Shown: positions 1 through 6,976 of the stretch, in pieces
Position numbering within the stretch: position 1 is the stretch's first letter
How the letters are laid out: each line of letters begins with the position of its first letter
From: an uncultured Clostridia bacterium
GTDB lineage: Bacteria > Bacillota > Clostridia > TANB77 > CAG-508
DNA length: 9,680 nucleotides
NCBI GenBank assembly: GCA_944392435.1
Contig: CALXWQ010000098.1
Coordinates: 1-9,680 of the forward strand
Direction of reading: 5' to 3'
Notes under the pieces: generated by a model
What the model was told of the DNA's origin: nothing
The model's database searches: none
What the model saw: only the letters and a program-made list of their open reading frames with translations
Translations under genes and position numbers: made by a program

Positions 1-168
1 AGATTATCAATATTTCCTTTTTCATGTATGGAAGTTGTTACAAAGCCAAGAAGTACCATATATAGAAAGCTATTAGTTAAGAATTATGTTATATTATATA
101 AAATTAATGAAGAAGATAAAAGGGCAGATATAATACATATTTATTATGGAAGAAGGAATTTTTTATAG
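1..168 (+). CDS. RelE/ParE-family type II toxin, C-terminal part (start lies upstream of the window)
   Basis: Frame +1 is open from base 1 to TAG at 166-168. It reads RLSIFPFSCMEVVTKPRSTIYRKLLVKNYVILYKINEEDKRADIIHIYYGRRNFL*. The ending (YVILYKI ... IIHIYYGRRN) matches the usual C-terminal beta-strand and basic tail of RelE/ParE toxins. It is absent from the ORF track because it has no start codon in the window. Confidence 0.55.
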   Translation, partial: RLSIFPFSCMEVVTKPRSTIYRKLLVKNYVILYKINEEDKRADIIHIYYGRRNFL

Positions 169-176
169 TAAAAAAA

Positions 177-210
177 GAGGCTAATTCTTTTGAGAAAATT
201 AGCTTCTTTT
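177..210 (+). terminator. Rho-independent terminator after the toxin gene
   Basis: GAGGCTAATT (177-186) pairs with AATTAGCTTC (197-206), giving 9 Watson-Crick pairs and 1 G-U. The loop is about 10 nt and TTTT follows at 207-210. The hairpin starts 9 nt after the stop codon. Confidence 0.6.
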
Positions 211-212
211 AC

Positions 213-242
213 TTGCAAAATAAAGACCTTTTATAGTATAAT
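213..242 (+). promoter_or_regulatory. Candidate sigma-A promoter of gyrA
   Basis: TTGCAA (213-218), 18-nt spacer, TATAAT (237-242). It lies about 46 nt upstream of the gyrA ATG, and a GGA-rich Shine-Dalgarno region sits at 271-279. Confidence 0.5.
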
Positions 243-288
243 ACAAGGGTAGTTATAATAACGGATTAGAAAGGACGGAATAATAAAA

Positions 289-2727
289 ATGGAAGAAAAT
301 GAAGGAAAAATTATTGAAAGAAACATTGAAACAGAGATGAAAAACTCATATATTGACTATGCAATGAGTGTTATAGTTTCTCGTGCACTTCCAGATGTAA
401 GAGATGGTTTAAAACCAGTACATAGAAGAATTCTATATGCTATGTATGAAGATGGTATTACATCAGATAAGCCATATAGAAAAAGTGCTAATACAGTAGG
501 TTCTGTTTTAGGAAGATACCATCCACATGGAGATTCATCAGTTTATGATGCTATGGTAAGAATGGCACAAGATTTCTCACTTAGATATCCTTTGATTGAT
601 GGACATGGAAACTTTGGTTCAGTAGATGGTGATGCTCCAGCTGCTATGAGGTATACAGAAGCTAGAATGTCAAAAATTGCCGAGACAATGCTTACTGATA
701 TAGAGAAAAATACAGTTGATTTTATGCCAAACTATGATGATAGATTACAAGAGCCAACTGTTTTACCAGCAAAAATACCAACACTTTTAATTAATGGTTC
801 ATCAGGTATTGCGGTAGGTATGGCAACTAATATACCACCACATAATTTAACAGAAGTCATAAACGGTATTGTTAAAATAATAGATGATGACAATGTTACA
901 GATGAACAATTAATGGGAATAATAAAAGGACCTGATTTCCCAACAGAGGGATTAATTTTAGGTAGAGAAGGTATAAAACAAGCATATACAACAGGTAGAG
1001 GAAAAATAACAATGAGAGCTGAGACAGAGATAGAAGAAATGAGCGGAAATAAGCAAAGAATTATTGTTAGATCTTTACCTTATCAAGTTAATAAAGCAAA
1101 ATTAATTGAAAACATAGCTAACCTAGTAAAAGAGAAGAGAATTGAAGGAATATCAGAGGTAAGAGATGAATCTGATAGAGAAGAAAAAGTAAGAGTAGTA
1201 ATTGAATTAAAAAGAGATGTAAATGCTCAAGTTATTTTGAATCAATTATTTAAATTTACACAAATGCAAGATACATTTGGAGTTATAATGCTAGCATTGG
1301 TTGACGGAGAACCAAAAATTTTAACTTTGAGACAATGTTTAGAGTATTATATAGACCATAGAAAAACAGTTATTCTTCGTAGAACTCAATTTGACTTAGA
1401 TAAAGCATTAGCTAGAGCACATATTTTAGAGGGATTAAAAATAGCATTAGACAATATTGATGAAGTTATTGAAATAATCAGAAATTCATATGATGATGCT
1501 AAAGAAAGATTAATGGAAAGATTTGGACTTTCAGACATCCAAGCTCAAGCCATACTAGACATGAGATTAAAGACTTTATCAGGTTTACAACGTGAAAAAA
1601 TTGAAGAAGAATATGCTGAATTAATGAAATTAATTGAGCATTTAAGAGCAATACTTGCAAGTGACAAACTTGTTTATGATATTATTAAAGAAGAATTACT
1701 AGAAATAAAAGATAAATATGGTGACGAAAGAAAGACAAAAATAGTTGCAGCAGAAGGAGAATTTGATGTAGAAGACTTAATAAAGGAAGAACAATGTGTA
1801 GTTGCCCTAACTCATTTTGGTTATGTAAAGAGAATGCCAATTGATACATATAAGAGCCAAAAACGAGGAGGAAAGGGAATAACAGGAATTGCAACTAGAG
1901 AAGAGGACTTTGTAAAACAAATCTTTACATGTTCAACTCATGATACTATATTATTCTTTAGTAATAAGGGAAAGGTATATAGATTAAGAGGATATGAAAT
2001 TCCGGAAGCTGGCAGAACTGCTAAAGGTACAGCTATAGTAAATTTATTGATGTTAGATGGAGGAGAGAAAATTTCAGCAGTTATACCTATTGCTAATTTT
2101 GCAGAAGGAAAATATTTATTAATGGGTACGAAAAATGGAATAATCAAGAAAACAGCACTTAATGAATATATGTCTGTAAGAAAGAGTGGTTTAATAGGAA
2201 TAACATTAAAGGACGAAGATGAGTTAATTCAAGTAAGACTAACAGATGGAGAAGATAATGTAGTACTTGTTACTCATAAAGGAATGTGCATTACATTTGA
2301 TGAAAAAGATGTAAGACCAATGGGCAGAGTATCTCAAGGTGTTATTGGTATTAGATTAGATGAAGGAGATTTTGTAATAGGAATGGAATCTATTATCCAA
2401 GGAAGTAAAGCAACTCTTCTTACAATAACAGAGAATGGATTTGGTAAAAGAACAGAACTAGATGAATATAGAGTGCAAACAAGAGGCGGAAAAGGTGTAA
2501 CAACATATAAAGTTACTCCAAAAACTGGAAATCTTGTAGGAATAAGAATTGCAACAGATGATGAAGATGTAATGCTTATAACAGACACAGGAACTATAAT
2601 AAGATTAAAAGTTGCAGACATTAGTGTACTCGGACGCTCAACACAAGGCGTAACTTTAATGAGAACTAATGAAGGAAAAGTTGTAAGTATTGAGACAATT
2701 CCTATGGAAGAAAAGCAAGAAGAATAG
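289..2727 (+). CDS. gyrA: DNA gyrase subunit A
   Basis: 812-aa ORF with the N-terminal signature [33 protein letters not shown]. The QRDR reads [10 protein letters not shown] and the catalytic Tyr lies in [10 protein letters not shown]. The C-terminal beta-pinwheel repeats include the GyrA-box QKRGGKG, which separates GyrA from ParC. Confidence 0.97.
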   Translation: MEENEGKIIERNIETEMKNSYIDYAMSVIVSRALPDVRDGLKPVHRRILYAMYEDGITSDKPYRKSANTVGSVLGRYHPHGDSSVYDAMVRMAQDFSLRYPLIDGHGNFGSVDGDAPAAMRYTEARMSKIAETMLTDIEKNTVDFMPNYDDRLQEPTVLPAKIPTLLINGSSGIAVGMATNIPPHNLTEVINGIVKIIDDDNVTDEQLMGIIKGPDFPTEGLILGREGIKQAYTTGRGKITMRAETEIEEMSGNKQRIIVRSLPYQVNKAKLIENIANLVKEKRIEGISEVRDESDREEKVRVVIELKRDVNAQVILNQLFKFTQMQDTFGVIMLALVDGEPKILTLRQCLEYYIDHRKTVILRRTQFDLDKALARAHILEGLKIALDNIDEVIEIIRNSYDDAKERLMERFGLSDIQAQAILDMRLKTLSGLQREKIEEEYAELMKLIEHLRAILASDKLVYDIIKEELLEIKDKYGDERKTKIVAAEGEFDVEDLIKEEQCVVALTHFGYVKRMPIDTYKSQKRGGKGITGIATREEDFVKQIFTCSTHDTILFFSNKGKVYRLRGYEIPEAGRTAKGTAIVNLLMLDGGEKISAVIPIANFAEGKYLLMGTKNGIIKKTALNEYMSVRKSGLIGITLKDEDELIQVRLTDGEDNVVLVTHKGMCITFDEKDVRPMGRVSQGVIGIRLDEGDFVIGMESIIQGSKATLLTITENGFGKRTELDEYRVQTRGGKGVTTYKVTPKTGNLVGIRIATDDEDVMLITDTGTIIRLKVADISVLGRSTQGVTLMRTNEGKVVSIETIPMEEKQEE

Positions 2728-2863
2728 AAATAAGAACAAAAAGACATAAGTTGCTATTTGTTTACGCCGATTTGAATTCTAAACTAAAGGAAAGCAATAT
2801 CAAAAATAATAGAAATTTCAGCTATTTTTAAAGTTATAAGAAATTCAATTTCATATGCAATAA

Positions 2864-2910
2864 GGAGATGGAAGTTAATGAAATCAAATATTTCATTAAC
2901 TTCCATCTTC
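2864..2910. terminator. Bidirectional terminator hairpin between convergent gyrA and the helicase-loader gene
   Basis: GATGGAAGTTAATGAAAT (2867-2884) is perfectly complementary to ATTTCATTAACTTCCATC (2890-2907), giving an 18-bp stem with a 5-nt loop (CAAAT). The stem extends to about 21 bp with one G-U pair. It lies 11 nt beyond the minus-strand stop at 2919-2921, and T/A-rich runs flank both sides. Confidence 0.75.
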
Positions 2911-2918
2911 CTAAAATA

Positions 2919-3920
2919 TTAATTCCTTTTTTTAAATCGTATATCATCTCCAAAGAAATAACAAATGTCATAATTGCCTACAAGTCTAGAGATAATACGT
3001 TCATCGTAATTTGAGTATAAATTTTTTAAAGTTAAATTAGTTGATATAATTGTTTTGGTAATTTTATTTTGATTTAATAAACGTGTATTAATTACATTAA
3101 AAAGTTCAGTAAATTTCATATTATTAATGCATTCTGTGCCTAAATCATCTATAATTAATAAATCTACATTTAGAATATTATCTATAATGTTAGTTGATTT
3201 AGTTTTTCCGAACCTGTAATCTATGATTGTATCTAACATAACTGGTGCTGTTTGATAAAGTACATTCTTTCCAGTTTTCAAAATTTCATTTGCTATACAA
3301 CTTGATAAAAATGTTTTTCCAAGACCAGTATTACCAGTAAATAATAAATTCTTTTGCTCTTTATCATCAAAATTCTCAATAAATTTTAAACAAATATCTT
3401 TTATTATATTAATATTTTTTCTAGGAGAAATTTTGGAGTGATATTTTTCTTCATTTACCTCATCAGAATATAATAAATCGGTAAAATTATTAAAATTTTG
3501 TGTATCCAAATTTGTAATATTAGCCTTATTATATAATTCATTGTATAATTTTTGCTTTAAGCAAGCACACATAGAAGTAGTATAATCATCATTAGTAATA
3601 TATCCAGTATCCTTACATATATTACAATCATATTTGGGCTTAAAATAATCACTTGGGATGTAGATTTTTTTTAAAAAGTTTTCTTTTTCTTGTTTAAGCT
3701 CAATAATATTTTTATTTAACTCATCTAATAATTTTTTATCATTATTACTAATAAGTGATTTAGTAGTAGAAATAGCAAGAGATGCTAGCTTATCATCTAT
3801 TTGTTGAAGTTTAGGATAATTTCTATATAATTCTTGTTTCCTTTGCTCAGCTTCAAGTTCTACACTGGCTTTCTTTTTAGAATACTGAGCTAATATTTCT
3901 TTTAAAACTGTATCTGCCAT
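2919..3920 (-). CDS. Replicative helicase loader, DnaC/DnaI (IstB-like AAA+) family
   Basis: Walker A is GNTGLGKTF, Walker B is LLIIDDLG, and a downstream STNL...RIISRL motif is typical of DnaC/DnaI/IstB. The N-terminus has a coiled-coil-like region and a Cys cluster (CNICKDTGY...CAC) resembling the DnaI zinc-binding N-domain. The SD AAAGGAG (3929-3935) sits 8 nt before the ATG at 3920. The track start at 3923 is an in-frame TTG one codon upstream. Confidence 0.85.
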   Translation of the reverse strand: MADTVLKEILAQYSKKKASVELEAEQRKQELYRNYPKLQQIDDKLASLAISTTKSLISNNDKKLLDELNKNIIELKQEKENFLKKIYIPSDYFKPKYDCNICKDTGYITNDDYTTSMCACLKQKLYNELYNKANITNLDTQNFNNFTDLLYSDEVNEEKYHSKISPRKNINIIKDICLKFIENFDDKEQKNLLFTGNTGLGKTFLSSCIANEILKTGKNVLYQTAPVMLDTIIDYRFGKTKSTNIIDNILNVDLLIIDDLGTECINNMKFTELFNVINTRLLNQNKITKTIISTNLTLKNLYSNYDERIISRLVGNYDICYFFGDDIRFKKRN

Positions 3921-4000
3921 CAATATTACTCCTTTAATTTTTTTATATCATAGTTTTATATTGTAACAAAAAAATGAAATATATCATATAATAAAATATT

Positions 4001-4966
4001 TTATTTTATATTTGCATATAAACTATCAAAATTGTCATAAGTTCTTTGCTCATATTTATCATAACCAGTTTCTTTTTCCAATTTCTTTATATTTTTATTT
4101 TTTTCCTTCATATTTTTTAAAAATGCTTGAACCTCATCTGCAGTTTTAAATCCTCTCGAATGCCAATCTGTTAATAATTTGTCTAAATATTCAAAATTAG
4201 GGTTAGCTTTTGAAGTGGTTTTCTTTAACGCAATTTCAATTATATCCATACCATACCCATAATCTATATTCCATCTTTCAATATAACCATGTTCATATTG
4301 CGTAAGAGGACGAGTAAGTCCCAATTTTTTTGATATGGATTTTTTTATAATATTAAGTTTCTCTTGTTTCTGATAGTATATGTCTAAATCATTGAAAGTC
4401 TTAACGTTATTCTGGCTCCATGCTTCTGCAACTGTTTGAACATAATTTTTATGAAGAGCTGATCTATCAAAACAATAACTAAATAAAGCTATCATAACTT
4501 CTTCATCAAAATTATATTTTTTAAACCATAATTCAATTTCTGGATACCAGGTAGTAGGCATAAGTCCAGAAAAGAATTTATTATTAATATGCTCTATAGC
4601 TTTAGCACGTTTTTGATTTTCAGTTGATTTTTGCAATTGTTCAGCAGATAAAGCAGTTTTGGGTTTATATAATTTGTGTAATTCTATTTCTTGCATATTG
4701 TTTATAATATAACCAGTATTTTTTTTCGTTAATAAACCTTGTTCTTCCCAATATTTCACAGCATCTTGAATTGTTTTTAGAGGAAGTACTAGTTTCTTAG
4801 ATAAATCATTTACTTTAATATCTTTGTCATATTTCGACAAAAATACCATATATAAATATACTTTTATAAAGTCACCACTAGCCTCAGATAAATATTCAGA
4901 AAAGAATATATCAGGTATTAAAGTATTGGAAAATAGTGATGATAAGTCTGCATTTTCTAATTTCAT
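4001..4966 (-). CDS. DnaD-domain replication initiation / helicase-loading protein (B. subtilis DnaB/DnaD-like architecture)
   Basis: An N-terminal winged-helix-like region (FIKVYLYMVFLS...LKTIQDAVKYWEEQGLL) precedes two DnaD/DnaB_2-type repeats. These are WYPEIELWFKKYNFDEEVMIALFSYC...TVAEAWSQNNVKT and YIERWNIDYGYGMDIIEIAL...YLDKLLTDWHSRGFKT. The SD GGGGGG lies 8 nt before the ATG. The gene sits directly upstream of, and co-oriented with, the loader gene. Confidence 0.8.
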   Translation of the reverse strand: MKLENADLSSLFSNTLIPDIFFSEYLSEASGDFIKVYLYMVFLSKYDKDIKVNDLSKKLVLPLKTIQDAVKYWEEQGLLTKKNTGYIINNMQEIELHKLYKPKTALSAEQLQKSTENQKRAKAIEHINNKFFSGLMPTTWYPEIELWFKKYNFDEEVMIALFSYCFDRSALHKNYVQTVAEAWSQNNVKTFNDLDIYYQKQEKLNIIKKSISKKLGLTRPLTQYEHGYIERWNIDYGYGMDIIEIALKKTTSKANPNFEYLDKLLTDWHSRGFKTADEVQAFLKNMKEKNKNIKKLEKETGYDKYEQRTYDNFDSLYANIK

Positions 4967-4998
4967 TGTAAAATCCCCCCTATAAAAGTATAAATAGA

Positions 4999-5027
4999 AT
5001 TATATCATTTTAAGGAATGATTTACAA
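4999..5027 (-). promoter_or_regulatory. Strong candidate sigma-A promoter for the dnaD-like/loader operon
   Basis: On the minus strand: TTGTAA (5027-5022), 17-nt spacer, extended -10 TGaTATAAT (TATAAT at 5004-4999). It lies about 33 nt upstream of the ATG at 4966. Confidence 0.55.
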
Positions 5028-5104
5028 TTGTTAAAATATAAAAAAATGATAGAAAAATGTAGAAAAAGCAAGATAAATCATAAAAATTAAATGATAATGA
5101 TTAA

Positions 5105-5389
5105 TTAATATTTTTTATATAAATATATTTTAGGAGACCTAATATAATTATAAATGTAGGCTAATATATATATAAATCTTTCGTGATTAAAACCAATTAT
5201 ACTTATTAATGCTAATGGGAGAAAAAGTACTATAAATATAGCTATTTTAAAAGTAATACTAGGAATAAAAATATAAACAAAAGCAAAAATAATTAATCCC
5301 CACACTATATTTAAAATTAAAGTCGTATAATCAATAAATCCTAGTAGTTTTGCCTTAAAGTTATAATTTTGTGGAAAAATAAATTTCAT
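5105..5389 (-). CDS. PrgI/TcpE-family (VirB3-like) small T4SS membrane protein
   Basis: 94 aa. A short N-terminal cytoplasmic stretch (NYNFKAKLLGF) precedes two long hydrophobic helices. The basic/aromatic tail (GFNHERFIYILAYIYNYIRSPKIYLYKKY) fits the pattern I associate with PrgI/TcpE proteins. The gene lies immediately downstream of a VirB6-like gene, as prgI does after prgH. The SD AAGGA is 8 nt before the ATG. The family call is made by eye, not by alignment. Confidence 0.5.
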   Translation of the reverse strand: MKFIFPQNYNFKAKLLGFIDYTTLILNIVWGLIIFAFVYIFIPSITFKIAIFIVLFLPLALISIIGFNHERFIYILAYIYNYIRSPKIYLYKKY

Positions 5390-5443
5390 ATAATCAATCC
5401 TTGTAAATAAATTTAGGTTTTTAAGAACCTATAAACTTTTATT

Positions 5444-5482
5444 GTTACTATTCATAGAAAAAAATAATCTATGAATAGTAAC
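5444..5482. repeat. Perfect 14-bp inverted repeat (hairpin) between the VirB6-like and VirB3-like genes
   Basis: GTTACTATTCATAG (5444-5457) and CTATGAATAGTAAC (5469-5482) flank an 11-nt A-rich loop. The repeat begins 7 nt downstream of the VirB6-like stop on the minus strand. No clean U-tract follows it in the minus-strand orientation. Confidence 0.8.
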
Positions 5483-5488
5483 TTATAA

Positions 5489-6382
5489 TTATAAACTTCC
5501 TTTATTTTTTAGAAAACTTAAATTAGTAGAAATATCAGTAGAAATACCGCCGATAAAATGTTGAACATATGAATTACCTTTTATTAGAGCATATAGTGAG
5601 CCAATACATAATAGTTTAGATACTAATTCTGAACTATCAAAGTCAATAGCAAATATTATTAGCAATACAATAGAAATAAAAATTTCAATAAATAATAATG
5701 AAATAAATATTTTTAGCCAAGCTTTAAAAAAGCAAGATGTAGAATTATTTATTAGAGTCAAAAATGCAAAAGGTGTTAAAAATATCAAAACTTGAATCAT
5801 AATATATCTTAAGGAATAAGAAAATAATAGATTTATAAAATTAAAAGATATAAGGCTTCTAATTAAACCATCAAGAGAAAACACATTAAAAGAAGTATTT
5901 TCTATAGTTATTATATCATTTAAATTTTGAATTAAATTAGAGAATGATATTTCATTTCCAAGTACATCTTGCCCCACATCTCTTATTGCAGCAGCGATTA
6001 AAGACGGAAAATAAACTAGAAGTTCACATATAAATTTAGAAAAATTAATACATATAGCAAATATTAATAATTTAAAAACAAATTGGTAGGGCCTTTCTAT
6101 TTGAATTCCAGTAAAATATGAATATAATAATTTAAAACAATAATAAATACTTACAGCCAATAATAAAGAATTAGCAATTATTATTAATCCGTTTCCAGAA
6201 GAAAATTTAAAAATATCATTAATAAAATTTCCATTTAATGAATTTACATCAATGAAAGCTAATTTATCTAATGTACCATATACACTATTATCAATAGAAG
6301 AAAATAAAGTGTTTAGCAAATTATTTATTGTATCTATTATTGCTTGAGATATATTAGATGTGTTAGTAATTACTTCCTCCAA
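5489..6382 (-). CDS. Polytopic (about 6 TM) membrane protein, VirB6/TrbL/PrgH-like T4SS channel component
   Basis: 297 aa with a hydrophilic N-terminal region and then about six hydrophobic segments. Examples are LIIIANSLLLAVSIYY, LLIFAICINFSKFICELLVYF, IMIQVLIFLTPFAFLTLI and IFISLLFIEIFISIVLLIIFAI. It starts with TTG (6382-6380), preceded by a strong SD GGAGGTG (6393-6387). It sits between the VirB2-like and VirB3-like genes. Assignment rests on topology and synteny only. Confidence 0.5.
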   Translation of the reverse strand: MEEVITNTSNISQAIIDTINNLLNTLFSSIDNSVYGTLDKLAFIDVNSLNGNFINDIFKFSSGNGLIIIANSLLLAVSIYYCFKLLYSYFTGIQIERPYQFVFKLLIFAICINFSKFICELLVYFPSLIAAAIRDVGQDVLGNEISFSNLIQNLNDIITIENTSFNVFSLDGLIRSLISFNFINLLFSYSLRYIMIQVLIFLTPFAFLTLINNSTSCFFKAWLKIFISLLFIEIFISIVLLIIFAIDFDSSELVSKLLCIGSLYALIKGNSYVQHFIGGISTDISTNLSFLKNKGSL

Positions 6383-6418
6383 AATGCACCTCCTTACAAT
6401 AAAATATAAAATTAAATT

Positions 6419-6769
6419 TTATTCAACTAAAGATTTAATAGCAGATAAAATTAAATTGATTGCTAAAATAAATCCATATGAAAATAAAGAACCTCTAATT
6501 AATTTTTTAGACATACGAATTCTTTCTTCATCACCAAAACTAAATTTTTTCATAAAAACACCTACACCCACGGCAACAGCAGCTGCTGGTGTGGCAAGTG
6601 TTAATAACCATCCCTCAATATCTTCAAAAGCTGTATTTAATACCTTAACTAATTCTGGGGTATTATCAAAAAGACCTGCATAACTAATATTTATTGAAAA
6701 AGTAAAATATATAATTAATAATAAAAATAATGAATAAATAAAAATAAATTTTTGTTTTGATTTTCTCAT
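6419..6769 (-). CDS. Secreted two-TM small protein, VirB2/TrbC/Maff2-like (pilin-like T4SS subunit)
   Basis: 116 aa. A Sec-type signal peptide (MRKSKQK + FIFIYSLFLLLIIYFTF + SINISYA/G) is followed by a short hydrophilic segment. An Ala/Gly/Val-rich TM (LATPAAAVAVGVGVF), a charged loop (MKKFSFGDEERIRMSKK) and a second TM (GSLFSYGFILAINLILSAI) then follow. This is the canonical VirB2/TrbC layout. Confidence 0.45.
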   Translation of the reverse strand: MRKSKQKFIFIYSLFLLLIIYFTFSINISYAGLFDNTPELVKVLNTAFEDIEGWLLTLATPAAAVAVGVGVFMKKFSFGDEERIRMSKKLIRGSLFSYGFILAINLILSAIKSLVE

Positions 6770-6838
6770 AGTTAATCACATTCCTTTCTAAGGCACAAAT
6801 CTGGTTGGAAAAGAATTAAATTTTGACTAGGAAAACGA

Positions 6839-6887
6839 GTTTAAAATTTATAAGGCGTACTCTGTGTACCATGATTAAATTTTAAAC
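6839..6887 (-). repeat. 12-bp inverted repeat / RNA hairpin inside the 207-nt intergenic gap of the T4SS-like operon
   Basis: GTTTAAAATTTA (6839-6850) is perfectly complementary to TAAATTTTAAAC (6876-6887). The 25-nt loop contains GTAC-N5-GTAC. On the minus-strand RNA the hairpin is followed by UCGUUUUCC. Confidence 0.6.
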
Positions 6888-6924
6888 GATGTTTGACAAC
6901 GTTAAAATTGTAATTATTTTTCAA
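6841..6924 (-). CDS. Candidate 27-aa small ORF (MKNNYNFNVVKHRLKFNHGTQSTPYKF), function unknown
   Basis: A perfect SD AGGAGG (6936-6931) lies 6 nt before TTG (6924-6922). The frame runs for 27 codons to TAA (6843-6841). It is not in the ORF track because it is too short. The same SD-plus-TTG arrangement is used by the neighbouring VirB6-like gene. Confidence 0.25.
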   Translation of the reverse strand: MKNNYNFNVVKHRLKFNHGTQSTPYKF

Positions 6925-6976
6925 CCTTTACCTCCTGTAAAATAAAATTTTATTAGGGTATAAATAAAAAAGCAGT

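Noticed and set aside
1685-2747. Three minus-strand ORFs (1685-1894, 1938-2147, 2334-2747) in the ORF track
   Set aside because: All lie antisense within the well-supported gyrA CDS. Their translations are low-complexity and Leu/Phe/Ser-rich, as expected from reading an AT-rich gene backwards. No SDs are present.
2868-3011. Plus-strand ATG preceded by AAGGAG, opening a 47-codon frame at the terminator
   Set aside because: The apparent SD abuts the ATG with zero spacing. Both are part of the left arm of the 18-21-bp terminator stem, and the frame runs antisense into the loader gene.
6360-6683. Plus-strand 107-aa ORF
   Set aside because: It lies antisense to the VirB2-like gene and the 5' end of the VirB6-like gene. 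It has no SD, and its sequence mirrors the Ala/Gly/Val-rich TM of the opposite strand. The minus-strand genes have signal peptides, TMs and SDs.
6893-6898. Perfect TTGACA hexamer on the plus strand inside the structured spacer (possible antisense promoter)
   Set aside because: No acceptable -10 element lies 16-19 nt downstream. The sequence is better explained as part of the minus-strand small ORF and hairpin region.
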